A program made the translations under genes and the position numbers. Source: Nanohaloarchaea archaeon B1-Br10_U2g21 (GTDB lineage: Archaea > Nanohalarchaeota > Nanosalinia > Nanosalinales > Nanosalinaceae). Taken from it: a stretch of DNA of 60,472 bases. The DNA lies in assembly GCA_001563915.1 (NCBI GenBank), contig LKMP01000004.1, positions 1 through 60,472 on the forward strand, in the 5' to 3' direction. This document shows positions 18,479-27,875 of the stretch, piece after piece (within the stretch, counting starts at the first letter, position 1; every line of letters starts with the position of its first letter). The notes below the pieces were generated by a model. It was not told the origin of the DNA. It saw only the letters and a list, made by a program, of their open reading frames with translations, and made no database searches.

Positions 18479-20074
18479 TCATCTTGGGGTTGTTTCCCAT
18501 TCGCCTGTACTGGTATCGCAGCTCCAGTTATCTATATGTTGTAAATCCGTATCAAGCTCATCATGACATAAATGCCACTCTGCATAATTTTCATCATTAG
18601 GGTTTGCGCATAGTAGTTCTGCTTCAAGCTCATATTTTAGATTAGATCTATCTCTTAAATCATTATTTGTGAAGTCAGATTCTCCGAATTCATCTTCTAC
18701 TTCTCCTCTTAATTGTATATTAGGTATAAGCTCCTGAAGATGTTCTTGTCCATCATTGCCTCCTCCTTCGCCATGCTCCCAATCTTCAGGTTCTTCTTCT
18801 CCTTCCATAGCATCAAACCATATTCCACTATAGAGCTGGGTATCTGGATCTGTGCCTGCCGCAGCCTCAGTAGGGATATTAGTGTCTAAAGGGTACGCTG
18901 CTGCTTCTCTAATGTGTGTTTGTCCATCATCATACTCTGCAAAAAGCTGGCAACGATCAGGCCCAGGATTATGTCCTCCAGATTCTTCAATATCTTCCAA
19001 GTTTTCATCTCTGAGTTCAAAGGTATGTGCTGTATGAGTGTCTCCGCCACCCGTCAGCGTAGCTCCCCAACCAGTGTACCATTGTGGCCCGGTGAATGGT
19101 CCTCGATAGTCTAAAGGACTTCCAAGATCTACGTCGTCATCACAGGTTTCATGTTCGCTGTCTTGAACAACTATGATTGGATACAAAGGTTCATGATCAT
19201 TGTAGCTTTCGTCATCTATCTGGCCTCTATTGCCTTGAACATAGCCTGAATCTCCTTCGCATAATGTTACCTTCACATCAATCTCTCTACCTTCAGTTGA
19301 AGGATCCATATTTGTCCGATCATAAACATCTTGATTTTCAAAAAATAGGGATACTGGAGCTATATCAGTTTCATCATCAATATAGTTTGCTACAGTTGCT
19401 CCAATTGCGCCAAGGATGGCGCCTGCGGTTGCGCCTGCAGCTGTGCCTCCAGGCCCTACAACGCTGCCAACCATTCCGCCTCCTGCGGCGGTAGTCTGCC
19501 AGTTAACGTCTCCGCCTCCTTCATGTTCTATTTCGTCTGAGTACTGGGAGGGATAGCCTTCTAAAACTATATCTATATTTCCTTCAAAGTCATCGTATCC
19601 TAGTTCTAAGGGAGTTTCTCCTTGTAGCCATCCGATTCGCAGAGTCATGTTTTCTTCAATTATAAATTGTTCTTTTGAGTAAGAGCCTGCCATAAAGTTA
19701 TCATCAGCTCCAAGACCGCCAGGATTAATTCCATCTAAACCTCTCGCAAGCCCGGCTTCGCCTCCGAAACAGTCTGGGTTACTGGTTAAAACAGTTCCTT
19801 CTAGCCCTTCATACCCTCCTTCTTCTTCATTCATTCCTTTTACTGCTTCACAACCGTCATTTATTCCTCTGTCTCTTGTGTAGGCCATTAGATCAGATAA
19901 AGCTTGTTTATCTTCTATTTCTACAGTAGGATCCTCATCTGCTCCTAGGTCATCGAATCCTTGCTGGATTGCTTCTCCTAGAGAGCCTACTGTAGCTGCT
20001 GATATGAAGAGTGAGGCAACTAAGAGACCTATAGCTAGGTGCATTATAGCACCTATGCCCATTCCCTTTAGCAT
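18479..20074 (-). CDS. Large pilin-like adhesin or tip candidate with internal glycine zipper
   Basis: MLKG|MGIG class III-like leader; several Cys; GGGMVGSVVGPGGTAAGATAGAILGAIG segment. Confidence 0.72.
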   Translation of the reverse strand: MLKGMGIGAIMHLAIGLLVASLFISAATVGSLGEAIQQGFDDLGADEDPTVEIEDKQALSDLMAYTRDRGINDGCEAVKGMNEEEGGYEGLEGTVLTSNPDCFGGEAGLARGLDGINPGGLGADDNFMAGSYSKEQFIIEENMTLRIGWLQGETPLELGYDDFEGNIDIVLEGYPSQYSDEIEHEGGGDVNWQTTAAGGGMVGSVVGPGGTAAGATAGAILGAIGATVANYIDDETDIAPVSLFFENQDVYDRTNMDPSTEGREIDVKVTLCEGDSGYVQGNRGQIDDESYNDHEPLYPIIVVQDSEHETCDDDVDLGSPLDYRGPFTGPQWYTGWGATLTGGGDTHTAHTFELRDENLEDIEESGGHNPGPDRCQLFAEYDDGQTHIREAAAYPLDTNIPTEAAAGTDPDTQLYSGIWFDAMEGEEEPEDWEHGEGGGNDGQEHLQELIPNIQLRGEVEDEFGESDFTNNDLRDRSNLKYELEAELLCANPNDENYAEWHLCHDELDTDLQHIDNWSCDTSTGEWETTPR

Positions 20075-20265
20075 AGTGATATATCAGACACATCAGCCAA
20101 GATACTGCCAATATTTCTTAAAAATCCAGTACATCCTGCTGCATCTTCGGTACCTAGTATGGCAGGAAATGCTAGAAGCGCGAATATTGCTGCAATAGTT
20201 ATTGCTATGATAAGGCCTATTATTATTTTAATAGGCATGCTTTCTTGACCTTTCAAGGGTTTCAC
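20068..20265 (-). CDS. Small pilin
   Basis: MKPLKG|QESMP class III leader; TM; Cys pair. Confidence 0.78.
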   Translation of the reverse strand: MKPLKGQESMPIKIIIGLIIAITIAAIFALLAFPAILGTEDAAGCTGFLRNIGSILADVSDISLC

Positions 20266-20299
20266 ATACCATTTGAGGTTTTTACTAGATTTAAAGGTT

Positions 20300-20437
20300 C
20301 TAGTCTAGGGATTGCTCCAATGCAGATATCATTTGCGTTTCCACCATGTTATATACCACAAATACGATTAATGCTGTTGCTATTGCGCCCAGAGCTATTA
20401 AAATCATGTATCTAATTGTTTCATCAATTCCTTTCAT
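20300..20437 (-). CDS. 45-aa mini-pilin (not in ORF track)
   Basis: Hand translation MKG|IDETIRYMILIALGAIATALIVFVVYNMVETQMISALEQSLD*; ATGA overlap with the platform gene stop. Confidence 0.8.
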   Translation of the reverse strand: MKGIDETIRYMILIALGAIATALIVFVVYNMVETQMISALEQSLD

Positions 20438-22599
20438 ATTCCATCTGCAACTCCTGATACTATTCCTCCGAACAGTAGACTAATTATGGCTACTGTCATT
20501 ACGTAGAAAAACATGCCTGATATCATTATTTTGCCTATAAACATGTTTTTGTATGTTGGATCGTTTCCGCGCGTTATTTTCATGTAAAATGTTCCGAGAA
20601 TATAGAGTAGTTGTATGAGGTAAAGTCCTACTACGAATTGTAGTAGTTCTGGAGGAATTGAGGATTCAAAGTCTTGCATGAATGTTCCTCCTTCCATTCC
20701 TGCTTCTTCTTCTGGTAGATCTCCTTCTGCAAGATCAAAAGATTCTGAGAGTTGGAATAGCGCTGTGATAATGGTTTGAGACATTCCTACTGCTACTCCT
20801 GAGACTATGGGCGCAAGCATGTATGCAAGCATCTGGATTGTTGTTGTAGTTTCTTCCATTAAGTCATTGAGTCTTTCTTGGGTCTGATGGATATTTTTTA
20901 GATATCTAGAAATAGTCATCATCGCAGTAGAAGCCATATTTGTGCCTTTCTCTGAAGATTCGAGTATTGCCCTCATAACAGTATCAATCATTTGGCTAGG
21001 GAAGCGTGTCAATGCGCCATATCGTTCATGGAATATGGCATCGTCGAAAGTCATTCCCATTTCTTTAACGTTTCTAGAAGCTAGTCCGAACAAATTAGAA
21101 ATCTCTAGGTCTTTAGTGCTTTCAGCCGCTTGATCTAAAGCAAGCTCTATAGGTGTACCTCCAGAAATTTTGTTGCCTAGTTCAAAAAGAGCTGTAGGGA
21201 ATTCAGATTCTATTTCTCGGAGACGGGCTTCAGCTTTTTGCCTCTCTATATTTCCAAGGATTTTTGTTACGCCGATAGCCATGCCTGCGCCTAAAACTAT
21301 GACCATACTTCTCAAAAGCATGGCAAATGGTGCTACGTCTTCTCCTGAAGTCAAGAGACTTGGCGCAGATTCTATTAGCGAGGAATCGGGAAGAGGGTAG
21401 AAATAAGGGAATGAAATATATCCAATTATTCCATAGAGTCCGATTACAAGAAAAATAACTATGCCTACAGGCCATACAGGCATCTCAAGTTCTTTTTCAC
21501 CGATATTTAGAGTATAACGCCCTCGTTTAGGCAGAGAATCTTCAGAGACCGGAGCAGTATTTACTGTAGGCGGTCTAGAGCTAAGTGTTCGCTGCATAAA
21601 AATCCAGAGGAATGCTGGTAACATTAAATTAAAAGTTATGAATAAGTGTAGCGGGGTTATGAGTCCGCCTAGAAATGCAGAGACAAGAGGAAGCATTATC
21701 ATTCCAAGCACTGGAAGGAGTGCGCCTACAGCGTTTAGTATCATTACTGGAGTTTCTAGGCCTTGGGCGTAATGCTTCATCTTTTCCTGTGTTCCATCAA
21801 GAATATTATCTATAGAGTCTTGGAGAAGTCTTTCACGTCTTGTCGCGTTAGGCTCATTAGTTGCGGCTCTCAAAAGATTCAAAGATTCTAAAAAGTCTTT
21901 GTTATAGTCTTTCCAGCACGAAGTGTAGTTTTCTAGTGCGTCATCAATTTTTTTGTATTCTCCAACTTCTAATGACCATAAAACTCCTTTCAAATCTTTT
22001 GCAATTGGACCTTCTAAGTTTAATGCTGCGAAACGTACTGCTCCTTCTAAATTGGGAGAACTACGCATGTATACAACCATGTAGAGTACGGAAAGAATCA
22101 TTTCGCCACTACTTTCTATTACTTTATCTTTTGCAGCGTATATGGGCTTATAGAATGTGTATGCAGCAGCCATTAGAGGCACAAGACCGGTAATCAATAC
22201 TAAAGATAGAGGAATTAATCCTTCTTCTCTACCTAGAATCGCTCCTATGCCTATGTTTGCTGCAAATAACATTATCCATGCTGCAAAAGATGATAAAAGT
22301 ACGCCTATTGTGGCAGAAAGCACCATTCCGGGAGTGATTTCCCATCCGAGCAGCTTTATCGCAGGATCTAGCTTTCTACGAGTATTTTCATCTGCTTTAA
22401 GGCTAAATACTGATGCCATTTTGTAACAGAGTTTTTCATAACTATTTCGCTCTTCAGAACGGATTTCTTCTTCTTTATAGCGCTGATATCGTCTTGAAAA
22501 ATTGTCGGTATTGTTGCCGGTGTCATAAGGCGGCATTTTAATGTCCTTGTCTATCTCCCCGAGAATTTCTTCTAACCTTTCTTTCTCATCTTCATCCAC
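20434..22599 (-). CDS. Type IV pilus membrane platform protein (TadC/PilC/ArlJ-like, two T2SF domains)
   Basis: Polytopic; SSPNLEGA and EFPTALFELGNKISGGTPIELAL T2SF-type motifs; follows the ATPase. Confidence 0.88.
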   Translation of the reverse strand: MDEDEKERLEEILGEIDKDIKMPPYDTGNNTDNFSRRYQRYKEEEIRSEERNSYEKLCYKMASVFSLKADENTRRKLDPAIKLLGWEITPGMVLSATIGVLLSSFAAWIMLFAANIGIGAILGREEGLIPLSLVLITGLVPLMAAAYTFYKPIYAAKDKVIESSGEMILSVLYMVVYMRSSPNLEGAVRFAALNLEGPIAKDLKGVLWSLEVGEYKKIDDALENYTSCWKDYNKDFLESLNLLRAATNEPNATRRERLLQDSIDNILDGTQEKMKHYAQGLETPVMILNAVGALLPVLGMIMLPLVSAFLGGLITPLHLFITFNLMLPAFLWIFMQRTLSSRPPTVNTAPVSEDSLPKRGRYTLNIGEKELEMPVWPVGIVIFLVIGLYGIIGYISFPYFYPLPDSSLIESAPSLLTSGEDVAPFAMLLRSMVIVLGAGMAIGVTKILGNIERQKAEARLREIESEFPTALFELGNKISGGTPIELALDQAAESTKDLEISNLFGLASRNVKEMGMTFDDAIFHERYGALTRFPSQMIDTVMRAILESSEKGTNMASTAMMTISRYLKNIHQTQERLNDLMEETTTTIQMLAYMLAPIVSGVAVGMSQTIITALFQLSESFDLAEGDLPEEEAGMEGGTFMQDFESSIPPELLQFVVGLYLIQLLYILGTFYMKITRGNDPTYKNMFIGKIMISGMFFYVMTVAIISLLFGGIVSGVADGI

Positions 22600-22661
22600 T
22601 GGAAATCATCTCGATTTCTTGGCTCAAATTAAATCTCTGAATCGGGTTTGCTGCCATTGTA

Positions 22662-24914
22662 TTACACCTGTTGGTCTAGCCATTCGTTCCAGCGGTTAAG
22701 AATTCGTTCAGGCTCTTGAGATCCGTATTCTTCATAAACTCTATTAGAAAGCAAATGGAACTTCTGATTAGCTTTTACGACCGTCTCCGCCTCTAGGAGT
22801 TCTGGACTGTCGTGTTCTTCGGCTTTGTCGGCTAAAGTTTGCTTCATTTCTTCTCTCATCTTAATGTTTTGCCAGACAGCTTCCCAGTCATTTTTCCATT
22901 CTCTTACGTTCTCAGCAATTCTGTTAATTATCAGGGATTCTCCATTAAGAAGTTCATCTGTAGGTACAAGCTGGTCTTTTGAGCTATCATAGCGCATTAA
23001 GTCTACGAATGCATTTTCCTCTAATGGATCATTTTGCCATTCTTTTCGTACTTCTGTTATACCTGTCACTCGCCTGTATGTTTGAAGGCCGTCAGGGCTT
23101 TTGATTTTGTTTACGCTCACAACTATGTCTGTAGCCTTGAAGCTGGTTGTTGGTACTCCTAGATCATTTACTACTCTGTCAAATACTGAATATGCGTCTT
23201 CTCCGTGGATAGTTCCTCCTACAAAGTTGGCTACTGCGCCGACACGCATGGCTTCATATAATGCCTGTGCTTCGTCACTTCTTACTTCTCCGATAACTAG
23301 CGCTGAATCTCCCATACGTAAGGAAGTTCGTATTGCATTGTCGGCGGTCATCTCATTTTCCACCTGAGTTATGACTGATCTAGACTTCATACGTTCTATG
23401 TTGTAGCCTAAATCTTTCATCTGGGGGACAGGAAGTTCTAAAGTATCTTCTACAGTTACTAGACGGTGGTTTTTCATTATTTCAAGCATTGAAGCGCTTA
23501 AGATCGATGTTTTACCTGCTCCACGCGTACCAGCGAACAGTACTGATCGATTACCATCCACAATAAATGAGAGCAGGCCAGCTCCAATCGCATTTATGGT
23601 TCCATTACTCACGAACAAAGGTAGTGTCCAGGCTCTGCTTCTATGGCGTCTAAAAGCAAACGCAAGACCTTCTGGAGAAAGATTTTCTTGTATTACTGCT
23701 ACACGCGCTCGTCCTCCTTTGACTTGTGTTTCTGTGTCAAGCACAGGGTTAGCTTCGTCTAGAGGTCTTCCGCTCTGAATTCTGAACTGTGTGGCCCAGG
23801 ATTCTGCTTCGTCTTTTGTAGGTATTAGGTTAGTCTCACATTCTCCGTAGTGTTCGTGGGTAACATAGATTGGAGAACCTCCTATCGGAGAGTTTATGTA
23901 AACGTCTTGGATTTTAGGATCGGCAAGTAAAAGTTCAAGCACGCCCAGACCTGATGTATATCTATTCAGTATTTCGCCTATACTTTCTATCTCTTCTTTT
24001 GAGAGCTGTATATTCATCTGATTTGCAATATCTCGTAGCATGTCTCTACCAATGCTTTCAAAAACCTCTCGCATCCGGTCTGGCTCTGCGAACTCTCCAG
24101 ATTCTGGTTCGTGTGAGGCCATGAATCTTCTCGCTGCGTCAAGCAAATTGTATTTTTCTTCAGGCAGATTGAACTCGGGAGGGTTAACGTGGTATACTGG
24201 TCTCGTTTTTTCAGGAACGTTGTATATTGATACTTCAACTTCTTTACGGCTATAGCGTTCTATTTCTTCTCCTCGCTCGGGAGGGAGTGCCATGTATTTC
24301 GTAAGCATGAAGTTAGGTCTGACCAGCGGGTGGAAGAATTCTCTATATACTTCTCTATCTCCTATATGATGGCCTGTGATGTAGTCTGAGGCCTTCTTTA
24401 TTATCTGAGTGCTTTCTAGTATGTTTAGGACAGGGTTTAGGACATCCTGTATAAAGTATTTTCTGCAGCGACTCTGCTGAGGATATGTTTTATCTTTTTC
24501 TTGTCTAAGATGACGCTTTTTTCGTTTGAGTTCTACGTATGCTCCTACAGGGTCTTGCTTTAGGTTGTTTAATACAGTATTCTGGACTTCGGGTAGTTGT
24601 TCGCTATATAGCTGTCCGCATTTATCATTTCTTACGTTAGTTGAAAGCAGGCCTTTATTTGATATTTCCTGTATCGCAGTAGCAATTTCTTTCAGCAATT
24701 GTACTTGGTCTTCGCTATACTCATAATCTCTGCTTTCAGAGAGTATTAATGATGATGCGTTAGGAACTTCTTGTAATATGTCAACTACGCGAGCCATTAC
24801 TTCGGGATAGTCTTCGATTGAAGCGCCATATATAGAACCGAGAGTATTGACTCTAACAGTTCGAGTATCCTCCTCAAATTCGTAGTCAAATATGTCCTTT
24901 TCTCGTATACTCAT
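22662..24914 (-). CDS. Type II/IV secretion system (pilus assembly) ATPase, PilB/ArlI/TadA family
   Basis: Walker A GTRGAGKT, Asp box VEDTLEL, Walker B LVIGEVR, His box GTIH. Confidence 0.94.
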   Translation of the reverse strand: MSIREKDIFDYEFEEDTRTVRVNTLGSIYGASIEDYPEVMARVVDILQEVPNASSLILSESRDYEYSEDQVQLLKEIATAIQEISNKGLLSTNVRNDKCGQLYSEQLPEVQNTVLNNLKQDPVGAYVELKRKKRHLRQEKDKTYPQQSRCRKYFIQDVLNPVLNILESTQIIKKASDYITGHHIGDREVYREFFHPLVRPNFMLTKYMALPPERGEEIERYSRKEVEVSIYNVPEKTRPVYHVNPPEFNLPEEKYNLLDAARRFMASHEPESGEFAEPDRMREVFESIGRDMLRDIANQMNIQLSKEEIESIGEILNRYTSGLGVLELLLADPKIQDVYINSPIGGSPIYVTHEHYGECETNLIPTKDEAESWATQFRIQSGRPLDEANPVLDTETQVKGGRARVAVIQENLSPEGLAFAFRRHRSRAWTLPLFVSNGTINAIGAGLLSFIVDGNRSVLFAGTRGAGKTSILSASMLEIMKNHRLVTVEDTLELPVPQMKDLGYNIERMKSRSVITQVENEMTADNAIRTSLRMGDSALVIGEVRSDEAQALYEAMRVGAVANFVGGTIHGEDAYSVFDRVVNDLGVPTTSFKATDIVVSVNKIKSPDGLQTYRRVTGITEVRKEWQNDPLEENAFVDLMRYDSSKDQLVPTDELLNGESLIINRIAENVREWKNDWEAVWQNIKMREEMKQTLADKAEEHDSPELLEAETVVKANQKFHLLSNRVYEEYGSQEPERILNRWNEWLDQQV

Positions 24915-24955
24915 CCTAGCATTATTATTCGCGTTTTGCTAAAATAAAAGATAGG

Positions 24956-25378
24956 ATGGCCGACCAACAAATAATAAACCAGATAATTGACAGGGTAAAC
25001 GACTTCAACCGAAGAGTCAGAGGCCTAGAAGATGAGATAAGAAACTTGAATGCCCGCGTAAACACTCTAGATGATACAGTACTAGAGAAACACGGGACTT
25101 TAGCTAATAATATCCAAAACCTTGAGGATGAGATGACAGAACTAAGAGACAGAGTGGCTAACATGGAAGTAGATATCAAAGAGATTAACAGAGAAAAAAG
25201 AAAATTTGTTAGCTCTCAAGAGCTAGAAGAAATAGAAAACTACATGGAGCTTATGAACCCATTGAATTCGTCTTTTGTAACGGAAAAACAGCTTAGAGAA
25301 GCCACTTCTGAGGGTCTTTCGCGGGAACAAGTCGAAAAAATAGTAGAGAGAAAGTTAAAAAACAAGGAAACAGAATAG
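24956..25378 (+). CDS. Coiled-coil protein divergent from the pilus ATPase
   Basis: Heptad pattern; only 41 bp from the ATPase start. Confidence 0.8.
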   Translation: MADQQIINQIIDRVNDFNRRVRGLEDEIRNLNARVNTLDDTVLEKHGTLANNIQNLEDEMTELRDRVANMEVDIKEINREKRKFVSSQELEEIENYMELMNPLNSSFVTEKQLREATSEGLSREQVEKIVERKLKNKETE

Positions 25379-25402
25379 GTAAGTGTAGAGGCCTAGCAAT
25401 AT

Positions 25403-26293
25403 ATGAAATTCAAGCTTTTTGGACGGCTCAGAGATGAAGAAGGATCTACTCCTACACAGAATCAAGGCCGTTCAGGCCAACAGCCTACAGAAGAACCTGG
25501 TTTTTCTGGGGGCAGTTTGGAGAGAACAGTAGAAAACATGTTTCAGCAAGGTTATTCTGAGGAAGAGATTATGGATGAACTTCAAGGCCAATATTCTCCT
25601 ACAGAGATAAGTAGAGCCGTTAATAACGCGGTTACCTCTACTGCAACTCAGGATTCTTCCAGCCCTCAAGCCATGACTCCTTACAGCCAAGATGCAGATG
25701 ATGAAGCTGTAAGCCCTATGGATGAAGGATATAATAAAAGTTCAGAACAAGAACCGCAGCCTCCACAAGAAGAGGCGCTAAATAATCCTGAAAACGGAGG
25801 TTTTAATCAACAAATGAATCAACAAGAGCAGGTTCAACCTCAGCAACAAATACAAGAACCACAACAAGAACAGCAACAGATGCAGCAAAATCTTGGCACA
25901 GTAGATCAAGCTACTGAAGAACTGATAGAAACTATTGTGGCAGAACAGTTTCAGAGAGTAAGTAAAGAGTTTGAAGGCGTATATGAAGAACTTGATATAA
26001 TAGTAGAAGAAGTCGAAGATCTTGAAGAACGAGTTAAAGAACTTGAGATAAGAGATGATGAAGATCAGCAACAGTTCGTTCAGAAAGTTGATGAAATGGA
26101 AGATCATATAGATGCTTATCAGTCTCGCATAGGAGGGCTTGAAAAAGCATTTCAGCAAGTTCTTCCATCGCTAGTTGAGAATGTAAAAGACTTGACATCT
26201 CTTGTGCAAGAAATCAAGAGTGAGAGAGGTATAGAGACTGAGACTCAACTTGAGTCTGACGATGTGGGAGATATAGATATGAGCGACTGGTAA
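25403..26293 (+). CDS. Gln/Pro-rich and coiled-coil protein
   Basis: Small N-domain (QQGYSEEEI), Q-rich linker and C-terminal coiled coil. Confidence 0.82.
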   Translation: MKFKLFGRLRDEEGSTPTQNQGRSGQQPTEEPGFSGGSLERTVENMFQQGYSEEEIMDELQGQYSPTEISRAVNNAVTSTATQDSSSPQAMTPYSQDADDEAVSPMDEGYNKSSEQEPQPPQEEALNNPENGGFNQQMNQQEQVQPQQQIQEPQQEQQQMQQNLGTVDQATEELIETIVAEQFQRVSKEFEGVYEELDIIVEEVEDLEERVKELEIRDDEDQQQFVQKVDEMEDHIDAYQSRIGGLEKAFQQVLPSLVENVKDLTSLVQEIKSERGIETETQLESDDVGDIDMSDW

Positions 26294-26294
26294 A

Positions 26295-26798
26295 TTAGTT
26301 GGCGGTTATATACACAACAGCTAAAATAAAGCCTAATAATAATACAGGCATTAAAATATCATCTACAATATCAGCATCTATTTCTACGCTTTCTACTACT
26401 CCAGTAAAACCAAAACTAGTTGCTAACACTGCGATAAGGCCTATCCCAAGTATCAATCCTCCTGCAGCCAGAGGCATGTTTCTCTCAAAATCTGTCATTG
26501 AATCTAAATCTATTCCTGCTACCGCCATCACTATCAAGAATCCTAGCGCCACAAATGATGCAAATGCAAGTACAGCAGCAAAGTTGGTGAATAAGGTTTC
26601 AGGTATAGCGAAAGCCACTCCGCCTATAGCTAGGAAAGAGAATGTAACAGCAACTGCGCCATTAATACTTGGCTCATCAAAAACGTCATATTTCTGGAGT
26701 ACTCCATATGTAAACGCTAGTAGCAGCAACCAGGGGAAAAAAAGATGGAATAATCCTGCTTCGGACATAAAGGCGACCATTTCAGCGAAAAAACTCAT
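26295..26798 (-). CDS. Polytopic membrane protein (paralog family A)
   Basis: About 5 TMs; FFPWLLLLAFTYGVLQK...INGAVAVTFSF. Confidence 0.8.
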   Translation of the reverse strand: MSFFAEMVAFMSEAGLFHLFFPWLLLLAFTYGVLQKYDVFDEPSINGAVAVTFSFLAIGGVAFAIPETLFTNFAAVLAFASFVALGFLIVMAVAGIDLDSMTDFERNMPLAAGGLILGIGLIAVLATSFGFTGVVESVEIDADIVDDILMPVLLLGFILAVVYITAN

Positions 26799-26801
26799 TT
26801 T

Positions 26802-27386
26802 TTAACCTCCGCCGCTTCCGCCTCCTCCAAACAGCCATTCTACTCGTTCTCCAACGCTAGGACCACTATTATCGTTGCCGTCATCTTTCAAGGTCCAAGC
26901 TAGGACTCCAGCTATCAATAAAAGCCAGATAAGCCCTGTATCAATTAATATTGGCCATAGATCTGATAAATCGTATTCTCCAACTTCTACAGTTTCAGGG
27001 CCTAGCCCTCCTGCAGTGAAGAATGCGGAAGCCACAATAGATATTATTAATAAGACTCCTAGAGGGCTCCGTAAATCGCCTCTACTCCACCCAAATAGGC
27101 CTACAAGAACCATAAGGCCGACTATTCCAACTATACCAATTGTAAGTCTTCCGAAGTAGTCTATGAAGAACTGCTGGTAGAACGGGTTTACAGCTATAAA
27201 CTGTGCTGTAAAGAAAGCAGATATTATAGCTATTAATGCTGCGTGTTTATCCTCGCTAAATAAATCTACTTGTTTTAATGCCAGGAAGAATACTACATAA
27301 GATAGTACAAAAGGTAGCACCAATGTAAAGAAATCTAGCTGGGCCATAGTTTCAAGGAGGGTTGAAAATCCTTCAGCTTCTGTCAT
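26802..27386 (-). CDS. Polytopic membrane protein (paralog family A)
   Basis: VLPFVLSYVVFFLALKQ...HAALIAIISAF; poly-Gly tail. Confidence 0.8.
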   Translation of the reverse strand: MTEAEGFSTLLETMAQLDFFTLVLPFVLSYVVFFLALKQVDLFSEDKHAALIAIISAFFTAQFIAVNPFYQQFFIDYFGRLTIGIVGIVGLMVLVGLFGWSRGDLRSPLGVLLIISIVASAFFTAGGLGPETVEVGEYDLSDLWPILIDTGLIWLLLIAGVLAWTLKDDGNDNSGPSVGERVEWLFGGGGSGGG

Positions 27387-27392
27387 TAACAG

Positions 27393-27656
27393 TTAATCCC
27401 TCTGATCCCTTTGTTCAAGGTAGTACGAAAGCTTCCTGTTCATTAGCCACAATTCTCGGCCGATTATCATCAATGCAAGCATCGTTATCCAAGGAAAAAT
27501 CACTCTTCCAAAGGATATTATATCCCAATCTGCAGTAGAAACGAATAAGACCCACGCAGTTACCGATATGGCACCCAGTGAGAGTATAATTATAGCAAGT
27601 TCATCTGCAATATTTTCAAGTTCATACATGTAGCGGTGTAGTTTATCTCGATTCAC
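27393..27656 (-). CDS. Small two-TM membrane protein
   Basis: 87 aa; two hydrophobic segments; tight operon spacing. Confidence 0.72.
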   Translation of the reverse strand: MNRDKLHRYMYELENIADELAIIILSLGAISVTAWVLFVSTADWDIISFGRVIFPWITMLALMIIGRELWLMNRKLSYYLEQRDQRD

Positions 27657-27657
27657 G

Positions 27658-27798
27658 TTACATCATCCCCATTCCCATACCGCCTCTTCTCATTTTACGT
27701 TTCATCATAGTTGTTCCAGCCAAGTACCCTATAACAGCACCTGCTATTAATATATCAATATTAGTTACGGCCCGATCAATTATTTGTTCTGCTGGCAT
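27658..27798 (-). CDS. 46-aa single-TM protein with GGMGMGMM tail (not in ORF track)
   Basis: Hand translation MPAEQIIDRAVTNIDILIAGAVIGYLAGTTMMKRKMRRGGMGMGMM*; GAGGG upstream; stop lies 1 nt before the next start. Confidence 0.75.
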   Translation of the reverse strand: MPAEQIIDRAVTNIDILIAGAVIGYLAGTTMMKRKMRRGGMGMGMM

Positions 27799-27875
27799 CT
27801 ATATTTTCCCTCTACAGTTGTAAGTTGATTACTTTCGTTTAAATAATTAGGGCGGCTTTGACAGCTGAGAAAGGG

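Noticed and set aside
22592-22657. 21-aa ORF or frameshifted N-terminus of the platform gene
   Set aside because: The GTG at 22599 has its own SD-like GAGATGA, so no frameshift is required.
20434-24914. Archaellum operon
   Set aside because: No ArlH (KaiC-like), ArlF/G or recognisable archaellins; gene content fits a pilus.
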